A stretch of 64,000 nt of DNA. Source: Nitrososphaerales archaeon (GTDB lineage: Archaea > Thermoproteota > Nitrososphaeria > Nitrososphaerales > UBA213). The stretch lies in the NCBI GenBank assembly GCA_965197925.1, contig CBDAOC010000020.1, forward strand, positions 1 to 64,000. Reading direction: 5' to 3'. The notes under the pieces are model-generated. The model saw only the letters and a list, made by a program, of their open reading frames with translations, was not told the origin of the DNA and did no database searches. The position numbers were made by a program, and so were the translations under genes. Shown here piece by piece: positions 9,371 to 21,332 of the stretch; position 1 is the stretch's first letter, and every line of letters starts with the position of its first letter.

Positions 9371-10962
9371 CCTGTAAATTTCCACAATTCAATCTACTAA
9401 CTACTGATAATTTTATCAGGTATCTACGCTACCGTGAAATAGGAGTATGCAGAGAGGAATTGGAATATTTTGAGAAAATGGGTATAATGTTGCCTGTAAT
9501 GCGACTTCATAGACCCAAAACAAATGACAGGCATATGAAATACGCCGGCATGATCACTGATGCCTACTCTCTGCAGAGGGATTTTGCCGATGGAATAGTT
9601 TCCCTTCCTACCGTTGATACTTTCAAACCATGGAAAGAGTATAAAGATGGTTATGAAGAAACCGCATTCACTTTTTACCATCCGTATCAAATTGTCCCTC
9701 TACATTATTCGCTAGGTTGGATGCAATTAAGACTTTCAGCAAATTCTATCCTGAATGAGAAGGAGCCAGCCAAGGCGTATAAAACAATGAAAGATTACAT
9801 GGAAACATCGATTTCTGGAATACAGAAGGCAATGCCGATGCGGAATAAGAGAGTGGGCTTGCTAATGTTGCTGCAAGAGGCCTACAGAACACTAGTTGAC
9901 GGAAAATTTCGGAGTAACTTTATGGATATAGATGGCTACGAAAACTACGAAAAATGGGTCAAATGGAGAAAGTATGAGTTTTTTCCTCCGGATATTTTAA
10001 AGAAAGCAATTATGAGCAAGGATGAAGTAAGGAATCTATACGAACATATAGCTGCTAATGCACAGATAGCTGACCCTATTTCCAAGTGGTATGTTTTCAC
10101 AAGACTTATCAGCAGAGATAAGAAGAGATACTTGAAAGACAGAGCATTACTTGCCCAGGATTATTATGATATGGCCTGTATGCTAGCATATTTTCTGAAA
10201 GACCTGGGAGAGAAGGTGACCGAACCAGATGATTTGATGGGTGGAATTAGAGGGTCATGGAAAACCTCTAGATATGGCGATCCCTTTGATTATTCCAAAC
10301 CTGAAGTCAGGAAGGCTATTCTTGATGAGTACCTACAGGAACCTAGTCCACGTCTTATAATTTTGTGTGAAGGTGAGACTGAAGAGACAGTTATCAATCA
10401 GATATTAGAAGCGTTGGACTGGGATACACGCAGACAGGGATTGATGCTCATAAACTATAGAAAAATGGGAGAACTTGATTCAGCGAGCGTAATCAACTGC
10501 TTAAGCGTTACCGAGAAGCAGTCCGTACCTGTGTTTGTGATTAGTGATAATGATAGCCATATTAAAGATAGGATTAGACATTTGGTTTCAATTGGCAAAC
10601 TCAAATGCGGTATGCATGAAATATGGAATGGCGATTTCGAACAGGATAACTTTGGTCTTTCCAAAGTTCTAGCTATAGTAAATAACAAGTTGCAAGAACA
10701 AGGTATGGTGACCTTAACTGCTGATGAGGTAGGGATTGAAACGAGAAAAGGAAAGGTGTTGATGAGAGCAATCGGTTCAGTTTGTAACTCAAAATTTTTC
10801 AGAAAATTGGATGATATCATTTCCAAAAAAGAAATAGCTAGGATATTAATGGCTCAGCGCATAGAAGAAATAAGAAAAGAGGTTGGAGAAGGTGGATGGA
10901 AACCCACATTGCCGATAGAAAAGGCATTACATAGGGCGATTGGGGATTTAGAGCGTAAATAA
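9371..10962 (+). CDS. Large protein with C-terminal OLD-type TOPRIM domain; N-terminus clipped by the IS
   Basis: IILCEGETE and VFVISDND TOPRIM motifs; the predicted start at 9358 lies inside the IS end. Confidence 0.65.
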
Positions 10963-11025
10963 TCTATTAAATTACTAATTGCATGCCAATTTTCAAGCGT
11001 GTCGACGAATTAGGCAAAAGCGAGA

Positions 11026-11229
11026 ATGAGCAGGGCGAGAAACGTATACATGGTAAAATTACATATATGTGTAGCTGGTATGTCCGTAGAAAAACTGCCG
11101 AAGGTAATAAAATTGTTGAGTGTGAGGCAGAACATATCGCCCAGTCGAATAACGCGAGAAATTAACTCGGATAGAAGGACCGTAGAAAAGGTGCTGAAAG
11201 CTGGGATGGATAGCGGCATTATAGTGTGA
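11026..11229 (+). CDS. Small winged-HTH protein
   Basis: ISPSRITREINSDRRTVEKVL. Confidence 0.55.
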   Translation: MSRARNVYMVKLHICVAGMSVEKLPKVIKLLSVRQNISPSRITREINSDRRTVEKVLKAGMDSGIIV

Positions 11230-11299
11230 TAGGGTCAAGATTGGGAAGAAGATCTATTCTGCTTGCGGTCTTGATCCCAGTTTCGAAAAGTTGTATAGG

Positions 11300-11918
11300 A
11301 AGAAGGGTGGCAAGGGATAAACATCTCTGAAATGCAGAATGTAGTAGACGGAATATTTCCTGTTCTTGGAGCAAAGCAAGCGTTGGTCATTGTGCAACCA
11401 ACGAAGTCCACTATTGCTGGCGCCGTAGGTCTTTGTGCAGACCTCAATTTGGATTGCTGGGTTTACAGGGCACCTATGCTGCAGGAATAATTCTCGTTAA
11501 TACCGGCTATTTGAAAAACTTTACCGATAACGAAATCAAGTTCATTTTGGCTCATGAGTGTGCCCATATTTTCAACAGCCATTCTATAGATACGTGGTTC
11601 TGGAAGACTGTGGAACAAGGCTTGAAGGGAGAGAAGAACGAAAATTACATAGTCGAATTAATCAAATTGCTTCTCGCCTTGTCCTCGCCGCATAGACTTC
11701 CTCCAAATGCACAAACATTGCGGGATCAAGAATTCGAGGCTGATGCTATTGCAGTTCGACTCGGTGATTTGGAATCTGCTGTGTCATGCCTGTCAAAATT
11801 GGTGAACTATGATATGAATAGTCCATCTCAAATATGGGAATTGTTTAACATGCCCGTTCCAGCAATGACCATGGGAGAACGAATTCAAGAATTGCGTAAT
11901 AGAGCGTGTGGTGTATGA
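11300..11918 (+). pseudogene. M48/HtpX-like zinc peptidase, probably frameshifted at the 5' end
   Basis: ILAHECAH, EFEAD, P..GERI. Confidence 0.7.
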
Positions 11919-12245
11919 CCTCAGGTTCAGGGTCTTTTGTTTCTGCGGGAACATTTTGTGGATTATGTCCCAGTTCAGGTTTATTCCGTTCATTATGCAA
12001 AAATGCCTTATTCCTTGAAACTTTGACGGTATCGAGTTTGGGTTTACGTCATGCTTTAGCTTGATAAGATAATCCTCAAGCAGTTTTTGCAGGCGCTCTT
12101 GCGGGATGGAGAGCAGTTCCATGCGATCCAATCCAGAAAATCTTTCAAACTCCCTGAGATTACTGAGATAGTTTATTTTTGTATACTTTGACTTTATGCT
12201 CTCCTCGAAGAGCAGCGTACTTCTATGAATAGAGGAACTAATCAA
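11915..12245 (-). pseudogene. N-terminal fragment of a thaumarchaeal-type tyrosine integrase
   Basis: LFEESIKS..TK..Y, VNPNSI, LNW.IIHKMFP; no catalytic domain follows. Confidence 0.7.
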
Positions 12246-13120
12246 GCGTGTTTGTCTTGCATGGTTCCTATTTTTGCACCGGCGTTTCAGAATGTGGTTT
12301 TAATTGTCTTATTTTTTTGGTTTCCGTGTTTTGTCTATGGTGTTTTGCATGGTTTACGGATGGTATTGGCTTGTTAGGAGGACAATTCACTATGAAGCTC
12401 GTTCAGGATTCCCTTATTTTGATGTATGCACGATACTTGTTACAGCCCAGCAAACGACATGCGGAATGACCCTTCCTGTATACTATACCATACCATCCCC
12501 TTTGGAAGTGCCTTGCATCATGACGTAATAGAATCTTCGCATTCATTTTCCCCTTCCCTGGCCAGGTCTGTCTTGAAGCCTGCCCAGTCATCCCTATCCG
12601 ACCCTTCTGCAGACGGTTCATCATGCCGGGCCCTGACGTAACGGCCTGATATTATGCAAGGTGCTGCCATCACATTTGCTAGCTTTACCGTATCCGTATC
12701 GCTTGCGTCCGTATCATCAAGCAGCCTACAAGGCATCAGGATTCTTTTCTTTGAGGGGTATCCTATGGCATGTCTATCATGCCATTTTACCTTGGCCGTC
12801 TTTCTTTGTCACGCCTGATGCTTTTGTATATTGAACCCGATAACCAATTAATACATCGATTGCGGGCTTGTTTGGTGCGTCTTGCCTTTCCGTACGGGTT
12901 CAGGCCTTCCCGTCAGGCCGCTGCCTGGCGTAGTGATGACAGGCACCTACAAAGTCATTAATTTGAATCTGGAACATTGCCCCAAGGGAAGCGTCAGGTC
13001 CCATTATCCTGAATCAGGGGCCGTTTGTTATCATTGCAGCTAAAAGCGGTAAATCCCCGGATACCATAAGGCAAGGAACAAGGCGGAAAGGCCTGATTGG
13101 AGGGAACCCTGGGTAATATC

Positions 13121-13260
13121 TGCCTTGTTGCATAACTATGAAATCCATTACTGAATAACGAAAATATTCTGTTATTGCGGTGCGAATCTCTGGACTGCAT
13201 TTTCAATTATCTAGCCATAAGGCAAAAAATTGCAGGATTTCTGGGTTGTGCAACAAAGCA
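13121..13260 (+). mobile_element. MITE copy 2 (140 bp)
   Basis: TIRs TGCCTTGTTGCATAAC and GTTGTGCAACAAAGCA; non-coding interior shared with five other copies. Confidence 0.9.
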
Positions 13261-13501
13261 CATATATTGAAATAATTCTTTTCAACAATGTTGGTGTTTT
13301 ACTTGCCTCTCTCCCTTCAAGGCATAAATCCCTATATACAGATTTGAAGAACTTTTCCAATGTTTTGGATGGCGGGTTGGTCTATTGGTGCAAGTGATAA
13401 CCACTTTAATTGGATTCATAGCGAATTCAAGCCCCCTGAGCTTCCATCGACTACATATAGCACCTTTTAAGCAATACTTTGATAAGCTCCGGGTAGTTTC
13501 T

Positions 13502-14875
13502 TCAGGGATAGCTATAACCGTAATGACCCAAAACAGTGGGCAAGTCAGCATGATACAGGTCTAATGGCACTAACGGTAATTTGCAGGGTTCACTAGGATT
13601 TTCCTTTGCCTTCTCAAACCATTGCCAATATTCCGAGAATCGTTTCCTCTGTTCTTCCGTCAGATTCTCGAAGAATGTATCTAGGAAGTTTTGCTCTGCG
13701 ACAGTGTGCAAATCTAGGCCCTTCTTGACTGCCTCACCATGAGTCATGTCTTCTGGAATTACCCTGCCTTCTATTGCCCTTAGATCTGACCGTGTTCTGT
13801 TATTGGAGTCAAGAACCCGTTTTTCCAGGAACAGAATTCTTTCTTGTAATGACTGTATTGCATTTTGCTCTTCCTTCTTTGCTTCTTCTATTGCTTCAGG
13901 AGCAAGAGCTAAGCTGCATCGCCTACAGTATTTTGCATCTGCAGGATTGATGGAATTGCATCGATAACATTCTATAGGTTGCATGGCATCTGACGAACCA
14001 TCCTTCTGAATTGTAATGCCGTTACCCACAAGCCAGTCATCAGAAAATTCATCTCCTAAATCATGCACGTAGCGAGACAACATCCTACTGTCAGGAGTCC
14101 AGCCGAACTTTTGTTTAATCTGAAACTCGCTATTCAGACGCTTGTTTCTTATCGTATCTGTTATGCGTGAGTGCCGGCCCCAACAGTACGAATTAAACGG
14201 TTTTCTTATCCGATGAATTAGCCTTCTTTTCAATTTGGTGCAGAGATTCACTAGGGCGTGGTGACCTATAGCTTCTGGAAAATCCCCTCTCTGTCTAATC
14301 CATAGAGGTCCTTTTCGATTATTCTTGAAAGGATGACTTTCTAACCACATAGTAAGATAAGGCAAACTGAATGTCAGTCTATCCGGCCTTTCCTTGTGTT
14401 TTGTCTTAGCAGGGATCCGGAGCTCAACATATTCTTGCTTGATAGAAATATCCTCTATCTTCAATGCCAGAATTTCATGTGGGGCCGCACCTGTGTCGTG
14501 TAATACCGCTACTAGTGCCTTATCCCTGGGATGGTCCAATACGCCGATTGCTTCCTTGATTTCTTCCTGAGTCCACATATCGCCGGGTTTATATCTGCTC
14601 TCCCTGTCCTTCCTCTTCGGGTGTCTTACCTCTTTGATAAATCTAGGATATTCTGCATTCTCGCCAAGGTACCACATGAAGAATTTTGCTACATTAGTAT
14701 AGTAGGTTTGCTGGGTATCGTAAGAGTAATTCCCGTCTTTACGATAAACGAAATCCTTGAAGCCTTCCTTGGTGGTCTGGTTGAAAGGTTTGTTTCTAAT
14801 GGATCTGGAAAATCTGCTAAGGATATCAAGGTATTTCATTCTACTACGATAATCAGCCCCTTCCCCATCTTCCAA
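13502..14875 (-). CDS. Tyrosine recombinase/integrase with C-terminal Zn ribbon; first catalytic Arg absent, possible 5' frameshift
   Basis: DTGAAPHEIL, YCWGRHSRIT, FGW, SRYVH, CxxC..CxxC; an upstream frame continues to ~15030. Confidence 0.85.
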   Translation of the reverse strand: MEDGEGADYRSRMKYLDILSRFSRSIRNKPFNQTTKEGFKDFVYRKDGNYSYDTQQTYYTNVAKFFMWYLGENAEYPRFIKEVRHPKRKDRESRYKPGDMWTQEEIKEAIGVLDHPRDKALVAVLHDTGAAPHEILALKIEDISIKQEYVELRIPAKTKHKERPDRLTFSLPYLTMWLESHPFKNNRKGPLWIRQRGDFPEAIGHHALVNLCTKLKRRLIHRIRKPFNSYCWGRHSRITDTIRNKRLNSEFQIKQKFGWTPDSRMLSRYVHDLGDEFSDDWLVGNGITIQKDGSSDAMQPIECYRCNSINPADAKYCRRCSLALAPEAIEEAKKEEQNAIQSLQERILFLEKRVLDSNNRTRSDLRAIEGRVIPEDMTHGEAVKKGLDLHTVAEQNFLDTFFENLTEEQRKRFSEYWQWFEKAKENPSEPCKLPLVPLDLYHADLPTVLGHYGYSYP

Positions 14876-15396
14876 ATAACTGAGGAACCTCAGAATAACC
14901 TGTACATTCTCCTTTGAAACCGGAAGAAAATTCTTTTGTTCTCTCTTCTTCCTTGAAATGCACCTGTGCCTTCTTTCAAGGCATGAACCTTCCTTTCAAA
15001 AGAGGCCTTATCCGACTCCAATTGGGTTCATGCTGGTATGAACGTACTGGTATAAGAGTTTGTGCAAGGACAAACTCCGTACTCAAGATCGTCTTCATCA
15101 AATCAGTAGGGCTAGAGTCTTCATAGTTTGTCCGAGTAGTATCTAGAATATAGAAGTAAAAATTGCTTTTCTAAACTGAATTCCCTAATTTCTTGGATAT
15201 ATTAAAACACATTTCACATTAGCTTCGGAGTGCTGTTGTCGAATAATCAACCAGAAGTTCGTGAATATTTGATAGAATGATGTTTTACCCCCCGGTTCAT
15301 AAAATGAACAAAAGTAACTGTTCATCGTACTTTATTGTGCAATTTTATTGGTATAGGGCCGGTGGTTTAGCTTTACCCGTAGTACATTCTTTGTTA

Positions 15397-16041
15397 TCAG
15401 CTAAAATCCAGTTCCTCCCAATCAGCATCCATAGTTGGAAATTCTTCGAACAGTTCTACATAGTCTCCGATTGTCTCGATCTTAATTCTGGGAAATACGT
15501 CATGCACTGGTAGGAATTCCTTGTTTAAATTGAACACTAACACTTCATCCTTGGAGGAAGAACTAAATTCTTCAAACTTATTAACATATTGAGCATAAAA
15601 GCACTTGGCAACAGGAATGACCACAACTATTACAGAATCATTCCAATATTTTTGATACCATGCTAACAATTCCGCTTTCATTTCAACTTCATGTGGATTA
15701 TCTACTCTTCTGAATTTTACTTCCGTATACCAAGTTTGAGCAGTATATTCATCATAAACAAGCAAATCGGGAGTGGATCTTAATCGTTTTATGGAATCAG
15801 TTTGAGGAGGGCGTTTCTTTTGTATGTCATACTTAATTTGTGATAATAGACTCTCGTAACCGTATGCATATGCCTTATAACCTGAATCCTCTAATAAGCC
15901 CCGGACCATTTCTTTGGCAATATGGCCTTTCATAACATTGGAACGGAAGTTACCCATCCCGTAATAACAGATTAGTAGCTTATTGAAATTTTCTATACAT
16001 GGATTCTCATCTACGCTCAAATATCCAATGTTGTCAGACAT
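15397..16041 (-). CDS. PD-(D/E)XK nuclease
   Basis: TPDLLV...TEVKFR. Confidence 0.7.
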   Translation of the reverse strand: MSDNIGYLSVDENPCIENFNKLLICYYGMGNFRSNVMKGHIAKEMVRGLLEDSGYKAYAYGYESLLSQIKYDIQKKRPPQTDSIKRLRSTPDLLVYDEYTAQTWYTEVKFRRVDNPHEVEMKAELLAWYQKYWNDSVIVVVIPVAKCFYAQYVNKFEEFSSSSKDEVLVFNLNKEFLPVHDVFPRIKIETIGDYVELFEEFPTMDADWEELDFS

Positions 16042-17206
16042 AGACCACGCTAGAAATGACCAGGTTTAAATTGGTATTCTAAGCATAATTTTTGGTATAT
16101 TCCTTATTAGCAAATCACAATATTTTTAGGCAATTTTTATGAAAGCGTCTATGAAGTTAATCATCATTGATAAGTCAAATAAATATCATTATACTTGCTC
16201 TGATGGTGGTAACATTTGCGGTTGTTATTAATTTGTGTAATTCCTTTGCAAAGACAGTTATCGTAGATCAATATCCGGTTCATCTAATTTAGATAAAGAT
16301 GTACCTTTGTTCCACTTGAGGTAACGATCAATGTGGAAGACAAGGTGATTTGGACAAATTCTGATTCTACTACCAATACAACAAGAAGTGGTAATATTGA
16401 CGGACCTAGTACTTGGAGTAAGCTCTTCTACTCTGGACTAGTCAGATTGTTTGACGTTTGAACACATATTCAAAACCAAAGGTGAATTCCTCCATCATTG
16501 CCAATTACATCCGTAGAATTCGGTGAAGCGAACGTTACATATCTACCAACAATAGTAAAATCAACAGACAATGATTGTATTAATATTGAAATGACTTCAG
16601 ACAAAGAAACAGTAGATGATAGAACTTTTACCATTGACCCACCTAGCCAGTCAGGTTTGATATAATAATCCTTAATTCATCAGCTAACCAATCCCTACAA
16701 CATATGAACTACATGATCACTGAAGAAGAGGGAAACAATATGGTAAATGCAGTGGATATGCATGCTCATACAGGTCTAGATGTACAATCCGTTATGTTTT
16801 CAAATGAATGTTGGTTCACTATGGCGATTGACGTGGTAGGACTAGGTATTAACAACCATATGATACAAAGCAAAGCGGTACGTCATGCACCACTCTCATG
16901 ATGATTCCTAAATTTCTAAAGTATTCTTGCAGTAATGTGAGTAATAAGTATCGGATTGGTAGCTACTAGGTTCAAGAAACCATTATTTTTATTGAGGCTT
17001 TCTTTTGATAGTAGACGAATCACGTGGACATAGCCTAGATGAAATTTAGGAAATTGAGTGGAACATGCGGCAAAGAGTCTGTAGCTAAAGGAATTGAGAA
17101 TAAAACCTAACTGCCTAATATCGGATCAAAGATGGTTACTATAGTAGAATGACTATGGAATGATATACACCAAAAATTATTTTATATTATCAAATTAGGA
17201 ATTATC

Positions 17207-18058
17207 TTATTTCTTCGGAACAATTAAGGTTCCCTCAAAATTGTTATCGTCCCCAATAATAGCATGGAATAGAGCCATGGGTTTATTCGCATCAACTATG
17301 TATCCTGGAATTCCTCGTTTGGCTGCCTTTTGTAACGCAATAACTTTACCAAGAATACCTCCAGTTGCATCATTACTGTAACTTTTAATTAACTCAGACA
17401 AGTCTTCGTCTACCGATATTTTCCTAATCAAATTTGAGTTACTATATTGAGGATTTGTATCATACACCCCTTTAGCACTTATCCCCATGATGATTCTTTC
17501 CGTGTCAACGACCTCCGATAGCTCTGATATAATTTTATCTGCAGAAAGAGGTCTCAATCCTTTTTGATATGATGCCATATCCCCAGTAATAATGGGATAA
17601 GGCTTATCATCATCTTCGAATTCTTTAAGTTTATCAACAAAATTCATTAATGATTGTCTATCTATCTTGTCTCCATCATACTTCAATATCCTCCTTGGAG
17701 ACAAATCTTCAACATAATCGAATGGATTTTTTGATTTGCCACCTATAGCCTCATTGAGGTGGTGTTCCAAGAGATTGGCATAAGTTACCCCACAATCATG
17801 CACAATTTCACCATCAACTCCACTTATGACTAGACTATGACCAAATATTCCAGCTCCAAAGAAAAAAGCTGGAATACTACCTTTCTCATCAAGCCAGGCA
17901 GAGGCTCGCCATAATTCTTCTCTGGCAATTCTCTTAATAGAAGAAAAATTAATGTAATTTCCTGCGACCCTCTTAATCTGCTCAATTTCCAATGGAAAAC
18001 CTGTTGCGGTCTTCTTGGTCGTTACAGATCCTCCAATTTTCACAAGTATTTTTTTCAT
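17207..18058 (-). CDS. Amino-acid-kinase fold protein, isopentenyl phosphate kinase-like
   Basis: KIGGS, GAGIFGH, GD, SAD, DATGG..GK. Confidence 0.75.
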   Translation of the reverse strand: MKKILVKIGGSVTTKKTATGFPLEIEQIKRVAGNYINFSSIKRIAREELWRASAWLDEKGSIPAFFFGAGIFGHSLVISGVDGEIVHDCGVTYANLLEHHLNEAIGGKSKNPFDYVEDLSPRRILKYDGDKIDRQSLMNFVDKLKEFEDDDKPYPIITGDMASYQKGLRPLSADKIISELSEVVDTERIIMGISAKGVYDTNPQYSNSNLIRKISVDEDLSELIKSYSNDATGGILGKVIALQKAAKRGIPGYIVDANKPMALFHAIIGDDNNFEGTLIVPKK

Positions 18059-18184
18059 TAATCAAGTAACACTTGATAACTTTTTAACAATTATCTTGCC
18101 CATTATGCTACTTATAAGACAACCTTTTACTAGAGAATCCATTCTGTTTTTTATGGTATGACCCAATCACAATAGACCTCTTCA

Positions 18185-18211
18185 AAGTAGAGAGAAATTT
18201 TCTCTCTACTT
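18185..18211. promoter_or_regulatory. Perfect 13-1-13 palindrome
   Basis: AAGTAGAGAGAAA-T-TTTCTCTCTACTT; function unknown. Confidence 0.5.
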
Positions 18212-18599
18212 ATCAGATGTGGGGTTGGGTGTTATAATAAACACCACTAAACTTACTTTTACTCAGAAAGATCTAAACCTTTCCCTTGAACGGTTCAATT
18301 AACCTTTCAACACTTTTAGATCAATGGATTTCTAATTGGAATGCTTGCTTTACTGATCAATGCATTGACAAAGCAGATAACTGGAACTGAATGCGATATT
18401 TTAGTTTAGTGCTAAGTTTCAAATCGTTAAGAATGTACTGGGGATCCTAGTTCATCTTTTATGGGGCAATTGAGCTGGAATTTTTTTCAATATAATCATA
18501 GGTGTGATAATCAGATATACATACCTAAAGAAATCCTGTCGCACATTTGATATCCAGAAATTGTGACACCCACTTCATTGTATTTACAATCACATTATC

Positions 18600-19052
18600 T
18601 TAGTAGGGAAGCCCCCCTCTCGATGATTTTCTGTACGGACCGCGTGTACGTTTTCTTGCCTTTGCATCCCTTTCATCTTCGTCGAGCAATTCATCCTCCA
18701 CATGCAGTTCATCTACAGATGGAACTCTACCATCGATTTTTTTATATAAGTTATCAATCGCTTTAGCAAGTTTAAAGTCCCTATCCGTTAAACGTCCAAC
18801 GTCGAATGAGAGGGACGATACTTTTACATTCTTAAATTTTATAGTTATTACGGGATGGTGATTTTGTGCTTCCGCAATTGCAGCTACATCATTTACAAAT
18901 TCTATACTCTCTATGAACGACTCGAAGAGAAAATTCTTTACTAACTTCCCTTCCTTTAATTCCCAATCATCAAGTGCTTCCACACGTTTCTCGATATCGT
19001 TTGGCGATTCTATCAATAGCCTAGGGATACGCGAAAATGTAATTTGAATCAT
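18600..19052 (-). CDS. Pterin-4a-carbinolamine dehydratase family protein with charged tail
   Basis: AE.QNHHP, LT.RDF.LA..ID. Confidence 0.85.
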   Translation of the reverse strand: MIQITFSRIPRLLIESPNDIEKRVEALDDWELKEGKLVKNFLFESFIESIEFVNDVAAIAEAQNHHPVITIKFKNVKVSSLSFDVGRLTDRDFKLAKAIDNLYKKIDGRVPSVDELHVEDELLDEDERDAKARKRTRGPYRKSSRGGLPY

Positions 19053-19171
19053 GCGATAATCAACCTAATTCTCTAGAGATAGATTTATCACATTTTAATG
19101 GAATAATGTTTGCCGAATTGACTTCATGCAACAATGAATCATAACACTCAAAACCGGATCCACTATGGCCA

Positions 19172-19474
19172 ATGTATATAAAACGGGTTTGGAAAAACCA
19201 TAGTGAAAGAAGTTTGAGTAAAAAAAGTTGTGAACATGGTACAAATTTCAATGAAAATATTTCACCAAAAACCCAAAGCTGTGAAGAATGCCAGAAAGAG
19301 GGACTTGATTGGGTTGCTATACGTCTTTGTTCGATATGCGGCCATGTTGGATGTTGTGATTCATCTGAGGGCAGGCATGCAACAAAACATTTTTCGGACA
19401 CTGGGCATCCAACGATGATTGCATTGCCTACTAGAAGCTGGAAGTGGTGTTATGTTCATGAGACCTTTATTTAG
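19172..19474 (+). CDS. UBP-type zinc finger protein
   Basis: CEEC..W..RLC..CGHVGCCDSS...HATKH...WCY. Confidence 0.9.
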   Translation: MYIKRVWKNHSERSLSKKSCEHGTNFNENISPKTQSCEECQKEGLDWVAIRLCSICGHVGCCDSSEGRHATKHFSDTGHPTMIALPTRSWKWCYVHETFI

Positions 19475-20028
19475 GTAGGATAGCTCACTGTTTACAAAAA
19501 ATTCTATTAACTTCCTTACTGGAAAGAAAGGTATCACATTTGATGCAAACCCATCCAAATATTTGACCAAATTTTGTAGAGAATCCCTGGTAAATCACAC
19601 TCTTCCCACATTCTGGACATCGAAACGGCATTATCCAATCCCGTTTCATTCGACTATCTTAGTATATATTAATCAAGTTTACAATGTATAACAAGATACT
19701 ACTTGATGTATGAAGTGTTATTGTTGTAATACATTTTGAAGAATTCTAATTATCCAACATTTAGTAACTTCATTCACCTGTCTTGTTTCATTTTTTTGGA
19801 GAAAGTCTAATTTTTTATCTATAACCATTTATCATAACGGACTAACTTCCTGTTAGCTCTAACATCTTAACTCTCTTCATCATAAATGTGCATACAATAA
19901 AGCCAGTTGCCATCCCAATCATCATGAACATTCCACTTTCCTAATACAATCCATAATATTGATAACGAAAGTATTGTATTTGGCTTTTGCAGAAATCAAT
20001 TGAACGATTCTTATAAGATCTAATTATA

Positions 20029-21123
20029 TGAGGCTTGGGCGTAATTTAGTTCGAAACGATAAGATCAGGTTCCATTTTTCATTGGTAATGTGTTTAGCTC
20101 AGACTCGATACTTCTTCGCATATTATTTTTGATTGACGTGATTCCTCGGACAAAACCAATAGGAAAAGGGGTAGACCATTCTACTATTCTCCTACAGTTA
20201 TGGTAGATGCTTCATCGTTAGAGTATGGGTAAGAATACCAAGCAACAATGCTTTGCATGAATACTATTCGATAGACATACCATACAACAGGAAGGTAATG
20301 AAGGCATGTGGTCTTGATAGGTTGCCAGACAGAAGAACATTCGACAGAAGGTCAAGGCCGTATCAATTGACATAAGATCAAGGATAGATGTTATGGGTAT
20401 GCTCTTCATAAAAGATGGGTTGGTAGACCCAGCCATAGTATCCGTTGACAGTTCATTGTTGAAAGCAAAGGGACATGTATGGCATAGATCAAACATGAAG
20501 AAGAATGAAGTGCCACGCTCAGGTATAGATACAGATGCTCGATGGGGATTCAGCAGAACCAAGGGATGGGTATTCGGATACAAGATGCATCTAGCATCTA
20601 GCACAGGTTCGTTGATAGTTCCATTTTCAGCTGATTTCACAACAGCTAACATTACTGATAACAAGATGTATGAAAGTATGACATCTTCATTGCCTACAGG
20701 AATGGTAAGGTATGTTGTAGGAGATGAAGGATATGATGATCACAAGTTATGTGATTTCAGCAGGTATAGAGGGTATCCAGTATTCCCATTGGAAAGGTAC
20801 AAGCATACTATAGATAATAATAGACTGGCATTGCTGCAGTTCTATCAATCTGAATATGGGCAGCATGTATATTCTCGGAGGAGCATAAGCGTTGAGCCAT
20901 TGATAGAGCAGATAAAGGATGTATTTACCATAGATCCATTGCCAGTTAGAGGGTTCGATAAAGCTAGGAGCATCGTTCTGATTTCTATATTGCTATACCA
21001 GCTGATGGTGTACTACAACTACTTGACAGGAAGACCATTAAGGGCATTGAAGCACATGTTGGGAAGTTAATCAATCAGAGGCATCAAGTTATTTTTGTTA
21101 TATGGAATAATGCCCATGCCTCA
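20029..21123 (+). mobile_element. DDE insertion sequence (IS982/IS5-like), frameshifted
   Basis: VDSS, GWVFGYKMH, GDEGYD, R..VE; TIR TGAGGCTTGGGC. Confidence 0.85.
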
Positions 21124-21124
21124 G

Positions 21125-21301
21125 TTATATGTTGAATTCGTTCTTCTCCTGATAATCAATAATTATACAGGTAACACGTTCCTCCATCTTCTTCATGTAT
21201 TCATTGAAGGGATCCTCATAACCACAAAACCCACATTTTACCTCAGACATTTCTTCATTTACTTGTGCCTTCTCGTCACAATTAGGACATCTGGCATCCA
21301 T
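21125..21301 (-). CDS. Small zinc-ribbon protein, 58 aa, not in the ORF track
   Basis: Hand translation MDARCPNCDEKAQVNEEMSEVKCGFCGY... Confidence 0.75.
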   Translation of the reverse strand: MDARCPNCDEKAQVNEEMSEVKCGFCGYEDPFNEYMKKMEERVTCIIIDYQEKNEFNI

Positions 21302-21332
21302 TTTAATTAAGCCTGTAATGGAACTATATAAG

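Noticed and set aside
12485..13120. GC-richer stretch as an RNA gene or intact CDS
   Set aside because: No tRNA or rRNA signature and all frames are interrupted; probably decayed coding DNA
16150..16901. Possible remnant of a secreted-protein gene and a 65-aa ORF
   Set aside because: Only short broken frames with no recognisable motif
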